Below, in pieces: positions 38,601 to 50,300 of a DNA stretch of 64,000 nt. How positions within the stretch are numbered: the stretch's first letter is position 1; each line of letters starts with the position of its first letter. Position numbers and translations under genes: made by a program. The DNA is from Laetmonice hystrix (Eukaryota): NCBI GenBank assembly GCA_965235115.1, contig OZ249436.1, forward strand, positions 41,852,001 through 41,916,000, read 5' to 3'. The notes beneath the pieces were generated by a model. That model was not told the DNA's origin. It saw only the letters and a program-made list of their open reading frames with translations, and did not search any database.

Positions 38601-39428
38601 GAATTGCCAAGTGAATCACGAATCGCTTACAACGTTATGAATCGGTTTCAATGTTTTGGGTACCAGGCCCATTCTTTTGTCGAGGTCACATCAGTATTCT
38701 ACTGCTTTTGTTACTAACATACATAAAGGGTGACCCAGCAAAATTCAGGTTGAAATATTTCATGATTTATTACATAATTCATTTTTGGGAGCAAAGGGAG
38801 TGTCGTAAACGATTTCATAACTAAGAATTTTCACCATCACTGCTATTATTTGTTACATAACCTTCCATGAATTTAATCTTGTTGCTTTCACAGGAAGCGA
38901 AGAAGTACACTGCGACCCATACGCTGGAAGTATTGAAGAGACGAGTGCCACCAGAGGGCGTAGATGTGACCCGTAAGGAGGTAAAGAACCCTCGCTATAT
39001 TATAACCCCACTCAATCCGTGTATCCGTCCTATTTTCCTTACACAAGCTTTTCTTAGTTCTTTCCGTTTCAACATAGAAAAATTCTGTGTGCAGGCCCGT
39101 AATTTCCATCAAATTATTGAGGGGGCTCGACGAACAGATCCAAGGTTCTCCCTGGTAAAGTCGGATAATTATTAGGCAACACTAAAAATATTAAGGGGGG
39201 GCTTAAGCCCCCTAGCCCCCCCCCCCCCCCCATGAATTACGGCCCACTGTGTATTGAGTGTTGTACTATTATTGCTTACTTCATTACACTGTCAGTTTGC
39301 TAACTTTCCACCAGATGTACCTGAGTGACGAAGACTTTGAGAATATATTCGGCATGTCTAAAGATCAGTACCTTGCCAAGCCCGAGTGGAGGCGGATTCA
39401 GATGAAGAAGGATGCCGGTCTGTTCTAG
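26609..39428 (+). CDS. Villin/advillin-like actin-binding protein (6 gelsolin repeats plus villin headpiece), 27 coding exons, about 821 aa
   Basis: Exons: 26609-26695, 27531-27605, 27853-27918, 28132-28209, 28501-28553, 28744-28849, 28965-29075, 29462-29528, 29843-29969, 30379-30460 (or 30752-30836), 31781-31879, 32305-32467, 32582-32679, 33012-33149, 33283-33369, 33626-33697, 33823-33936, 36475-36558, 36789-36850, 36955-37051, 37281-37370, 37538-37582, 37697-37762, 38049-38174, 38458-38529, 38894-38980, 39315-39428. They sum to 2466 nt with all phases consistent. Motifs: GLEIWRIE, LHFWLG, AVQHREVQGHES, SLNQGDVFILD, FFGGDCYV, and the headpiece PEGVDVTRKEMYLSDEDFENIFGM...WRRIQMKKDAGLF*. Confidence 0.95.
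27167..27539 (+). repeat. 69-bp tandem repeat spanning the acceptor of villin coding exon 2
   Basis: Units end ...GCTGTTTCTAG|CAATTCGAG, with AGs at 27227, 27296, 27365 and 27465. The real acceptor is at 27530. Confidence 0.92.
30752..30836 (+). CDS. Villin exon 10b, mutually exclusive with exon 10a (30379-30460)
   Basis: cttcttatcag|G ATT TCT...TCA ACT|gtgagt encodes (R)ISQENADSKVNSTEITARPFVRAVLAST. It aligns with 10a, (R)LTEKSPGTLKRTEIKERPLCQEMLESK. Both exons run phase 2 to phase 0. Confidence 0.85.
32011..32327 (+). repeat. 71-bp tandem repeat spanning the acceptor of villin coding exon 12
   Basis: TAG|GAATTCA(T/C)CGAC(T/G)CGCGGGGTTA starts at 32021, 32092, 32163, 32234 and 32305 (the real exon). 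Confidence 0.92.
35123..36436 (+). repeat. ~29-bp minisatellite (CTCTGTACAACACCCTAATCTCTCCACAG), roughly 45 copies, in villin intron 17
   Basis: Direct reading. It ends about 40 bp before the real acceptor at 36474. Confidence 0.95.
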
Positions 39429-40089
39429 GGCGGCGTTCTTAGATCAGTTTATATCGACTGAAACCGTAAGGTCGTCCACACACATAGCGTTAGAACAGGA
39501 GCGTAGCCAGACTGCCGGAGGTAGTAAGACAACCTATCGTATTAGAAATTCTCTGTTTAGGTCTGGTAATATTACAGGATATTCCCTCTCACTAAACCAT
39601 CAAATTAGTTTTTTTATATCCTTTTGAAATATTTCAAATTATGGACCCTTGTTTTTTTTAATCGGCTCCCAAGCCTAGCTATGCCCCTGTCCGTCCTCTT
39701 TTTGGGGCACACTATAAGTAAAAAGATGCGTGGCTCTTGAATGCTTAGTTCCAATAATGCTGGTTGAAAAATTGTGTTTGCTTAATAAATTTAGTTCCTC
39801 ATTGCCTCCCGCAGGTGGGGGGGGGGGGTAGAAATATTTCCAACAAGTCCCCGCTCATTGCCACACGACTATATAACCTAACATTCGAGTAGGGATCGGC
39901 AGCTATAAACATTAAACCATCATGTTGCAAATTGTAGTGATGTACTTGGGTCACCTAAATCATGTGGCAATATTAACCCGTATACCTACCTTAATACTAA
40001 ATACCATGTATAAATATGAATAACAGTGATTCTGTGTCAGATGTATGAATGGAAGAGTTAAACCGCTGATCAGCTGGAGTCTACATGAC

Positions 40090-40399
40090 CGTGAAAACTT
40101 GTCCAAATAAAACCGTTACCATCACTAAATGACGTCTGTCTCAATTATTCCGTCGTAGATAATAATAATAATTATTTTGTAACGCATAAAAATAGTGTAA
40201 TAATTATTTTGTAACGCATAACAGTAGTGTGTTCGTTAACTTGTCCTTCGTGAACTTGTCCAAATAAAACCGTTACCATCACTAATGACGTCTGTCTCAA
40301 TTATTCCGTCGTAGATAATAATAATTATTATTTTGTAACGCATAAAAATAGTGTAATAATAATTATTTTGTAACGCATAAAAGTAGTGTGTTCGTTAAC
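40090..40399 (+). repeat. ~150-bp tandem duplication containing AATAAA (40106-40111 and 40263-40268), a likely villin polyadenylation region
   Basis: Copies at 40090-40240 and 40249-40399 are nearly identical. Confidence 0.8.
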
Positions 40400-43300
40400 A
40401 CACTCAAGTATATACGCCGAAATATGAAGCATGGAACGTATCACCTTGTTCATCCGAAGTTGGGACCCCCTCAGGCGGTATCCCGCGATTATCAGATTTT
40501 TGGCACAGGCCTTAGTATTATCTCGGAGATACCCAATAATGGAGAAATTAGTTTTATAGATTCTCTGCACATTTCTTGTCCCTGTTAGTAGGCTTGGAAA
40601 ACGGGAAGAGCGGCGATTAGATATGTATAGGTAATACAAGATAGATATTGGCTCAACTAATAACAGGAAGTCCATGTAGAAATTTTATTAACATACAATC
40701 GTATGATAGAACAACACCTTATACATGTATAATCTCTATGGAGATAATGGAATATTGTGATGTCACAATATACACAAAATATATAAAATTGAAAGGAATA
40801 CCCATTCAAACTGACAGTAAGTTGGAGAATTAAAACGTGGCTGTATATAACAGAGTATTATACGTTAGTCAGTGTCTGACGTAAGATACAGCCCGGTTGC
40901 ATGGCAACATGATTTGGTCGGTTTTCACTGGAGCAGAGAGAGTTGGTGTCCGATGTGAACGTGTTAAAAGTAAGGCGGTAGACACCCGTGGCCGATATGC
41001 TTGTATAGCTTATTTAGATATCATACAGGTATGTATAGTCTACTCTTGAAGCTTTAACAGTATGAATCTACAATAAAATATGATATATGTAAATGGCTAT
41101 GATTTTGTACACTTAATACCACATAGTTGGCATAATTTCATCGTATAATGAGTGATACACAGCGTTTGTATTGGTAAAACTAGGCGACGAGGTGGGGTCG
41201 ACTCCGGGCACTGCACATCAACCATTCTTTTCTCACCCGTACAAACTCTATAATGCAATGTGTTAGGGCCTTTTTGCCTTCTTATTTTCCTGCTATGTAC
41301 AACATGTATATTTATAATTATGAAAAACGCCTATTATAGTTATAAACAGTACACACCTTAAGGAGAGCACAGTATGTCGATAATCGACCTGCTTTTGGTC
41401 ATCAGTCGTCTCAATAATATATAGGTATGCGTCGTCCGACCTCAAAACTCCCTTAAGTCTGGATATGTTCACACCCTTTCCTCCACCTCCTCCTTCTAAT
41501 ATTCTTCATAAACGGAAACTTTTAGAAAAGGTCATGGCCTGGCGTTGTCAGGGTGCCTGGCCCGTTTAAGGGGTCAAGTTTTTGGCACATCCATGAAGCG
41601 CAATATGAGTAATATTAGATCTGTCTTGTATAATAGGCTACGCATGGTCTATGGTAACCACAACCATTCTCTCGCAAACGTCCAAATTGTCAAATAGAAA
41701 CTGATAGTGTACAAATGGGCAGGCAGTTCTGACCACTCAAGCAATACGACTTCTGGCGCCCATTTTGGTCCATTTAACTTCTGTATCGTTGTATTATTGG
41801 AATGAAGCTCTGGCCGGATTGTATAGCAAGAAACACAGTCAGATTTTGTATTTTCCTTATGGAGACAGATTTACGCCAATGAACGCAGATCTTTTATTTT
41901 TACCTCCGCTATCGATTTTTACAATAAAAGCAACACACTGGACGTTTGGTGCGAGAAATCCAGAGACCTTCTGATATTTCCGCACTGAACCTGCTGGCTA
42001 GCATTGATTAAAAATATCGTATTCAATTAACTTATAATTGAAAGTGCTCACAGAAAATAAAATGATGGGCATTGAACCCAGGAGGGCAAGGGTAGCCTCC
42101 ATAAATTTACAAATCGATATTAAAGTTCAAATTCCCCAGTTTATGTCGTATCTCGTCGCATAAGGTCTCGTTCAAACGGGGGGTTCTACTGCAGTAGCCC
42201 ATGAGAGGCTATATTGGTTGGTATACATTGTAACGTCCCCGTGTTAAGACAGAATAGGGAGAGGCCTATATAATAACTGTAGCTTGTCCCACTTGTGCGC
42301 TGACAAAATTCGTATTAGCATAGCCTATAGTTTTCATATGCTCATTTTTCAACCATGAGATCCACGAAATATTCCTAAATATGACTGGTTTTTACATGGT
42401 CTACGCCCAATCGTTGTGTGGTTCGTGTCACATCAATGAGATATCGCGTTATGGAGGTGTCATGGAGGGCCATAGCACCGTGACCATAGGCCTTAGATTG
42501 CTAGGCTAGTATTTGTGTCTTAAAGTGCCTATGGCATGTAGGTCTACACACTATGCATTTTGAGAATAATAATTTCATGAGATATCCTCACGTTTATAGT
42601 AGAAAAAGTTATTCCGAGATCCCATGTATGTTTTCTTCATGCTTTAGGCAATAATAAGTTACATTGAATGAATGAACTTGAAGGAGGCAGTGTTCCCTAT
42701 CCAAACCTTCCCAGTCACATGCAGGCCTACCCCCCCCCCCCGCTCCCCCCAAATAAAACCGTAGTTAGTAGCCGTGAGGTACTTTATGCATTGCACAAAC
42801 AGGCATAGAGTTAATAGCAGGACTATACCTCCCACAACAATCTATAGGCCCCGGCCTTCTTAGGCCTAGTCATTGTTTTAGCAGTTGCACAATGTAGTTC
42901 GTCAACTGTAATATCATCGTCTGTCTATAGTGCATGCCACAGAAACACTCGATATGCAAATGTGTTGTTATAACACCGTCTTTAACATATATACTTCACT
43001 TTCAAACATGACGAAAACGATGAGATCAGTGTCGAGCTCTGTCTCTCTGTAGGTTTCGATGAGTCTGTGAAACGAGTAATCTCTTAATGAGGTCAAGGTC
43101 AATGACGAGTTGATGACGGTCACAAGGTGGCAGCACTGATGTCCCCGGCACGGTCAGCCGATACGAACTACGTCTAGCCTACGCAGTTTATTAAACATGT
43201 TGACGCACTGAGCAAGCTACGACCGAGCAAACACAGACTGTGCTTTTATACACGTTAACATCGCACCACAGACATCCCATTCACGTATTCTTACTTGTGT

Positions 43301-44363
43301 AGACAGTACTTGAGTTGGAACAAGAAAAGGTCCACTGACCCAAAGAAAAGGGTGTTTACAATTTCAACCATTGCACCCCTGACATTGATAGACTCTACAT
43401 CTGGCCTATTCGCTTTCTCTCTAATTAAAAAATACGCCCTAACATTCAGATACGAGTTTGAAAAGTGCTACCTCCTTTATTCTCCTGTGAACAATTTGAT
43501 AATTTACCGACAAACTCATGCATTCAAGCAAGACATAAAACTTTAGGGCTCTCAGTTTTACATTTGACCCCGGGACATTTGAATACTCGGTGGGAATATG
43601 TTCCCTAAGTACTGATGCTGACTATATTGTAGCATTTTTGAACGTTTTAGGCCTATATCGTTTTCAGCACTATACACTTCTAAATGCTAGTGCCAAACAC
43701 GCACCTAACCTTGTGTTCTGAAGTATAATATACGATTCGATATGCGAAAACTGGACTTATAGAAGAGAACTGATCAATTGGTACCCGGATAGATCTTGGT
43801 ACGAATGCGAGCGATTTTCCAGCAGACAGACAGAATCACATAAAGTAGGAATCGGACCAACTCTCACATTGTTTCAGATCTAAGCCATATTTTGGGACTA
43901 CTATAATTGTAGGCCTACTCACCGTACCATTCCGTTAATAATGATACTTTGAAAAGATTTCTTTTTATGTATATAATGACCCTTTTCAAAGATCGAATCT
44001 CTAATATTGAAAATCAGTCAATTTTGGTCTCATGGTATGGATTTAAGATGCCTGTTAGGGAAACTCATGCATCACCTGTTTTCATTTTGTTTGGTAGACT
44101 CAAAGTGTGATTTTCTCCTCCTTTCGTAGATCTGTAAAACAGATTTCTTTGTCCACTGGTTTGAACGGTCTAGCGTCACGACTACAGTATTCTGGTTATT
44201 GTCAACAGGTGGCACTGTGCTAGCGGTGCCGGCGTTGGGGGTAATAAGTCTCCACGGAGTGCATAATATATCATTATGATTACACTAAACCACTTTTGTC
44301 AAGTACACCTCACATCCATCCATCCATGCACCTATCACGCGGCATTCATGCACGCGCACATCA

Positions 44364-47300
44364 TCATGTTGCTACTATGTCCTTGCCTATGATTTTCTTC
44401 GTCTTTGGTTTGGGCACATAAGGTAACATCTCATCGTAACGGCGTGTGCTTACTATAGTGGAATCTGGCGTCACTGGCTGAGCGTCAGGGCTGGCCAGAA
44501 CGAAGGCTGCAGAAAAACCTTTCCAGTTAATTGTGTCATCTGTTTTAAACCGCACAAGAAGGTACATCCCTGACGACAGGACTTCCTGTGGTATCTGAAA
44601 CAATTAAACACTCTTTATGTGAACGAGACCCTCTGTATTTCTACTATCAATAGGATAATTTACTACCTAGTTATACCTCTAAATGCAAAACAACATCATT
44701 ACCAGAAAGAAAAGGTTGTGGTGTCTACTATGCTCATTCCGTCCAATTCAGTGTATGTTATTCTTGTCTATAGAAGAAGCTAATACTAACCTGGTTGCCA
44801 CAATATCTTCCTATTTTAGGCGCAGAAGTGTCCTTTCCGTCATATATTTCTACATAATCATACCTGAAATGCACGAAGAACCACAACGTTTCACAACTTG
44901 ATTCACCCTCGGCTTTTTGCCAACAGGGAAATTTTCCACGGCTCTGCCGTGCTGCCACCTTGTGTTAAAAGGACAAACCACACGATAGGCGAAACGTCCC
45001 CCCTGCCAACATTTACGCACTACGCACTGCTCTCGATAACCACTTGTGGTCTCAAACCCTCAGTGGGTGCACCCTCTGTCTGGTTTGGGGACAAAAGGAT
45101 CTGGATTTCTTTAAGGCTAGATTTTAACTATTAGTAGCTCAAACCCTTGGGGCAATATTCAGCCTCTATGATACTACACTTGGCTCAAGAAAAGACGAAG
45201 ATATAGAACTGATCACTGACCCACAGTCGGTTTCCTCCTCGACTTCAAAGGCCAGGAACCGGAACCGGACATGGTGGTCACTCTCGTCGGCCAGAATCAG
45301 CCAATCACAGTCCTCCTTGTTATCATAGTTCTGATCTCCGTACTTGGCGTGTGAGAAGAGATGTTTTGCTGACGCTGATGCGATGAGCCTACCCCCACAA
45401 ACTGGTAACACACACAAATCTCAATCAACCCTGATGCTATTCTTCCCAAAAACTAATACCCGGGTAATTTGATAGGTCTCCAACTGAAAACCTGTCTTTT
45501 TTTACAATCTTTGCTTAAAGCATCTGTCTCACTTGCAATGGACATTTTTCAATAATTTTATCAAACTACGTTTTATCAAATTAGTAGACTTAACGTTTTC
45601 ATACCTCTTTTTTTAACATTATAATGTTCCCGAACAAGAAAACGACAGGCCCTCTTCAAATCTCAGTCCTAGTTTCCTCAAACACTTACCTGTTGTGTGG
45701 GTGGCGTGGAACCCTTTCCTTTGAACTGAAGCATCTGAATAGAAGGTCATATACATGCGGTTACTGCTGGCCACTATGGGTTCGGGTACCTTCGATCCGC
45801 AGTACTTCCCTAGGCTCCTGGCTTCGGCATTATCGCCATCAAACACTTCAATGTGGTCGTACGTACACTCTAAGTGAGGCTCCAGCTCAAAGTATCCAAA
45901 AACCTGGTACAGGAATGGAGACAGGATTTATAATACGACTTCAGACCATGGATGGAGTATAGCTATTCCAGACACACCCTCTGGTTACTAATGGTCTATC
46001 ACCCTTACTGACTCATGGTACCCCCCACCCCACCCAACACCAACACCATACACCAACACCACCAGCAAGAATTTAAAAAACCCTCTTAAGATGCCTACAC
46101 CCCTTTATACTATAGCTCTACGTCCCGCTACTGAACTTTTGTGACCAAAACCCCCTTTTTTGCTCGTTTGTCATCAGCATTTGGCTAATGGGAGTTTAAG
46201 TGGGCCTCATCATCCCTCTAACTCCAATCTACTGTTCTCATTTACAGCAGCAGATAAGGGAGGCCATAAAAGTGCATATTGAATCGGTCTACACCGCACT
46301 ATAACAACATGCCATGTATTATACATAAGAACTCCCTTGTACATCATGGATAAATGGATATCACATCAGGATTGCGCCCACCACTGCTGAAGTGTATGGT
46401 CATAAAACTACATGAAACATTGATGTCGGCCCTGAGTCAACACTGTGTTCAAGTAACGTGTACTCGACATAATCATATCGCGTGTCAATGAGACAATACC
46501 CTCCCAGTTTATAGGACCTAATATAATTTCCCCATGTACTTTGGATCATAGTGGCATTAAGCAGGTTGTGGTAACGTGGCATACGGCGTAACTAGGGCAT
46601 ATTGGCTGGTGTTGAAGGGTTTAACATCAGTTCAGCTTTTACAAAAAGATGATTTTTACAAATCAAGGTGAGTTTCAGACATATAACCATTGTAAAGTTA
46701 AAGACCGACATAATAACGCGCAAAAACACTGTGCTTCAGCGGGTTTTCTTTCATGTAAAAAGAATTGCCTGTTCCCAATCCAATAGACAAAAGGTTTATG
46801 TCTTGCAGACTTTGGCAGCTGTTTGAAATCACTGTATGATGGTTTAACCCCTATGTCCAGACACCTACTGCTACTTCATTGAGTTTTACTGATGTATGTG
46901 CCTTTGTTCTCAGTGGCACTGATACGTAACACTGCCGTGTCAGCTGACACTGTTACGTTAATGATATCAGCGCTGCATGGTCACCCAACAACTCACCAGT
47001 TTGATGCGGTGACCCGGGGTCGTACTGAAGTGCCACACGCAGTCTTTACGACTTGGGTAGAAGCTGGGCCAGTTGGGGCTCGATACCTCTCCGACTGGTG
47101 AGGTGATTTCGTGCTGGCAGCCACCTAGAATCAACATAATCCACCATCATCGCTGTCAACCTTATCCTTATAGTATAAACTCGTACATAGAGTCACTCCT
47201 CGCTTATCCAACTGGGTGCCTTTTACAATGGGAAACGTGCGGACTGCTGAACTAGTCTAAATATAGAATGGTAAAAGTATGTTCGGATTATGAGTTATAT

Positions 47301-50300
47301 GTCCAACAGAGGCACGGATTAACGGGGTATGGGTGTAACTTGTGTTATGACTGTAGTTTCATCACCGTAGCCTGCCTGCTGTCGCTACATTTATGATCAT
47401 CACAATAAATAAATGGTCGATTGTTTAAATTGTTAGCGTTGATGCTTCATTAATGATTTACAGAGAAATAAATGATAATTTCTCGCGGAAGCATAGTGAT
47501 TCAAACTTGATGCTGTAAAAATATTATATTGTAAGGATATACATTAATTATGCTCAAAACGCAAGTTGCTTCGAATGGATTTAGGACTCCTTCTAACAGA
47601 TATTTTCTTCCACGTCATGTTACAGCTTCTCACCCCTTATTGAATGAATTATCTATAAAAGTGGAGCTAAAAACGCAAGTGGCAGGTACTTGTCCAATGT
47701 ATATTTTATTCTGCGGTTTGTGGTGGGCCATGTACTACTATATTTATGTGTACTCAATTGTTACTATGGTGACAGTTGTAAGTGTGGACAGAGTGGCGTG
47801 GTTCACAGTAACCACATGTTTCTAAGGTTGAAAGGATTTCGGTATCTCCTCGTCAGTCTGTCAGGCCGTCAGTCTATCAGACCGTCTGTTTGTCAGACTG
47901 TCTGTCTGTCAGACCGTCTGTCAGTCCGTCAATACAGACCTTCCCATGTGGCTCACACATACAGACGGGCCTCACACGAAAACCACCCCTCTACTCCTCT
48001 CCCCCGACACGCCCAACCCAGACTCCAGGGTCTCAACATGTCATTCATACCCGCCCAGATCCCTTTTTTATTTTCTGGATTTTTATTTCGGTTTCCATTT
48101 GCAGTGATAAATCCCAGAGGCCAGGTAACCCGTGGTAACCCTTGTTCTTGGGTTATGTCAGTTGGGGCCGTATATTTTCTGTCGTTGCTCCAGTCTCTCA
48201 GCACAGCCCGGGTCAATGTCACGACAGGCGGAAGGCCGGCTGAGGTCTGCCCGGACTCTCCGGTACCTCCCGTCCCACCATAGGAATGCTAAAAATGGAC
48301 CCTCAACTTATGGAGGTGAGACTTTCTGACCTCAACTTCTCAGGGATTATAGGATCTTTTACAGCATTATTCTAACCTTAACCAAAGCTAAATGGTAGAA
48401 ACAGGCCTAGTCAAGCCTCTCATGTGTAACTTCAAAAATGGGCCAAAGATCCAACTTTTTCTCTTTTACGGAAAGCTAAGAACGCAAGGGAAAAAGCCTG
48501 TGCCTTTTTTAAATGGCGCTGCTGGCAAAGTGACACAAGGACTTTTTAATTGGTGGGCGGTAGGAAGGGTTGGGTCTGTAATATACCGGGTCATGTTCTG
48601 AGGTGGTGACATCGGCTTGGCAGGTCATCAGAAAACCTACACTCAGCGTACGTTACGAGTGAAGAACTGTTATGGGCGACTCTGCAAATTGTCGACAGGA
48701 CAGAAACAAGGGGCTCAGCCCTTACAACAGATTTCAACTCTCACCTTAAAATAAAATCACGTTAAAATAAAAAGTAAGGACGATTTCGGATAAAAAAGGG
48801 GTGGGTTGTTCTTTCAACTTAAAATGTTATCCCACCACATGAGGTTATGCAACCACAACGTACTAAAACGTACTGGGAAAAGGTGAGAAATGGTTGAGTT
48901 GAGTTACTTTGAAAGGTCAGTCACGGTTGTGTATTTTTTTAAATCTCAGTGGCCCGTATTTCTAAAACTATCTTTTCAATGGTCAGATGTCTTTGTTCTC
49001 AAACATACAAAATAAGCATAGATCCTCTACCATTACGGTATATTAAACTATTAACCTGGTTACAGGCTGTGACACCAATGACGTCTTATTGTTATGATAA
49101 TCTTGAGAGTGAACACTTAAAAAATGTTAAATTATTGCACCGACGAAGGATCAGATTACGACCAGTGATTGGTTACAAAAGACAGTATCTCCTCCCATTG
49201 GATTCAGAGAAAATAAGAGATGAAGAGACAATGCTACACATAACGAGTCCTTTGTCTGAAACTTATCAGAAAAAAAGGTCCGTTGAAAAGCTGACCTTAC
49301 ACAGTTACAGCCTACAGTCAGTTGCAGGTCCCTAACCATTCAAATGCAGGTCCCCTCCCGCAGTCAAAGTCTACATTAGCATGTTTGTCTAGACTTTCCA
49401 GTTGGCTGTAACATGTGTCTGGAATTCACCTCAGAATTTGGACCAAAGACATCTGCTCTGCTAGAACCAGTCTCCCCCAGTTCAAGAGTATGGGTAACAT
49501 ATGTCGTACCCCATCTGTTAGCACCCCTGTCATACAAGATCTCGGTGTGCAATGATGTCAGATTTGTACTTAGCTGACACTCAAAACTGCTAACCTACTA
49601 AAGTAGAAGTGCCAATTTCTCAACGTAAAATATTAATCACCTACCTATACAGCAAAAGATGCATTACCGGTACTAGTAGCATGACTACACTGTAAAGAGT
49701 AATTAAAATGCAGAATGAACCCACCTTCTTTGCAATCATGTCTGTTTTCGTGAAGCGTGAAACCATTTTGACAAGCACATTGGTAACTGCCAACCGTATT
49801 TTTACATATATGTTGGCACCCACCATTGTCCACCGCACACTCGTCCTTATCTGAAACAGCAATGACCATGAGGTACTATCAGTAATTGAGCAATCACCAT
49901 AAGGTGCTATCAATAATTAATATACGTTATACGTTCTTATTAATAAACAACAATCACATTAGGTTTCGGTCTCTTTCCGTAAAAAGTCACCAATAGTCGG
50001 AATATCCCTGACCTTATGTTGTCACCTGTTCAAAGTTTCAACACCTCACAGACACAAGCACATGAAGGGTGACGACAAAGTTAAACTCGGAAACTTCACA
50101 ACAATCCACGTATATACCATCAGTGACTTTACAAACATGAATATTACACACGGGTAACGCTTTGGAGCGTAGAAAAAGACTCATTATAAAATATATAGAG
50201 TCTCCTGGCATGTGATATTTTAATCAAATTTTATTTACCAGTGCGTTTCTTTTTGAAGTCCTTTATTTGTTAGAGCACCATGGAATGATTACACCAAGAA

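Noticed and set aside
41170..41215. B-box-like GGTCGACTCC suggesting a tRNA or SINE
   Set aside because: No cloverleaf or convincing A-box could be built.
47690..48283. 197-aa ORF antisense in a tolloid intron
   Set aside because: It runs through CAGAC/GTCTG micro-repeats and has no protein-like features.
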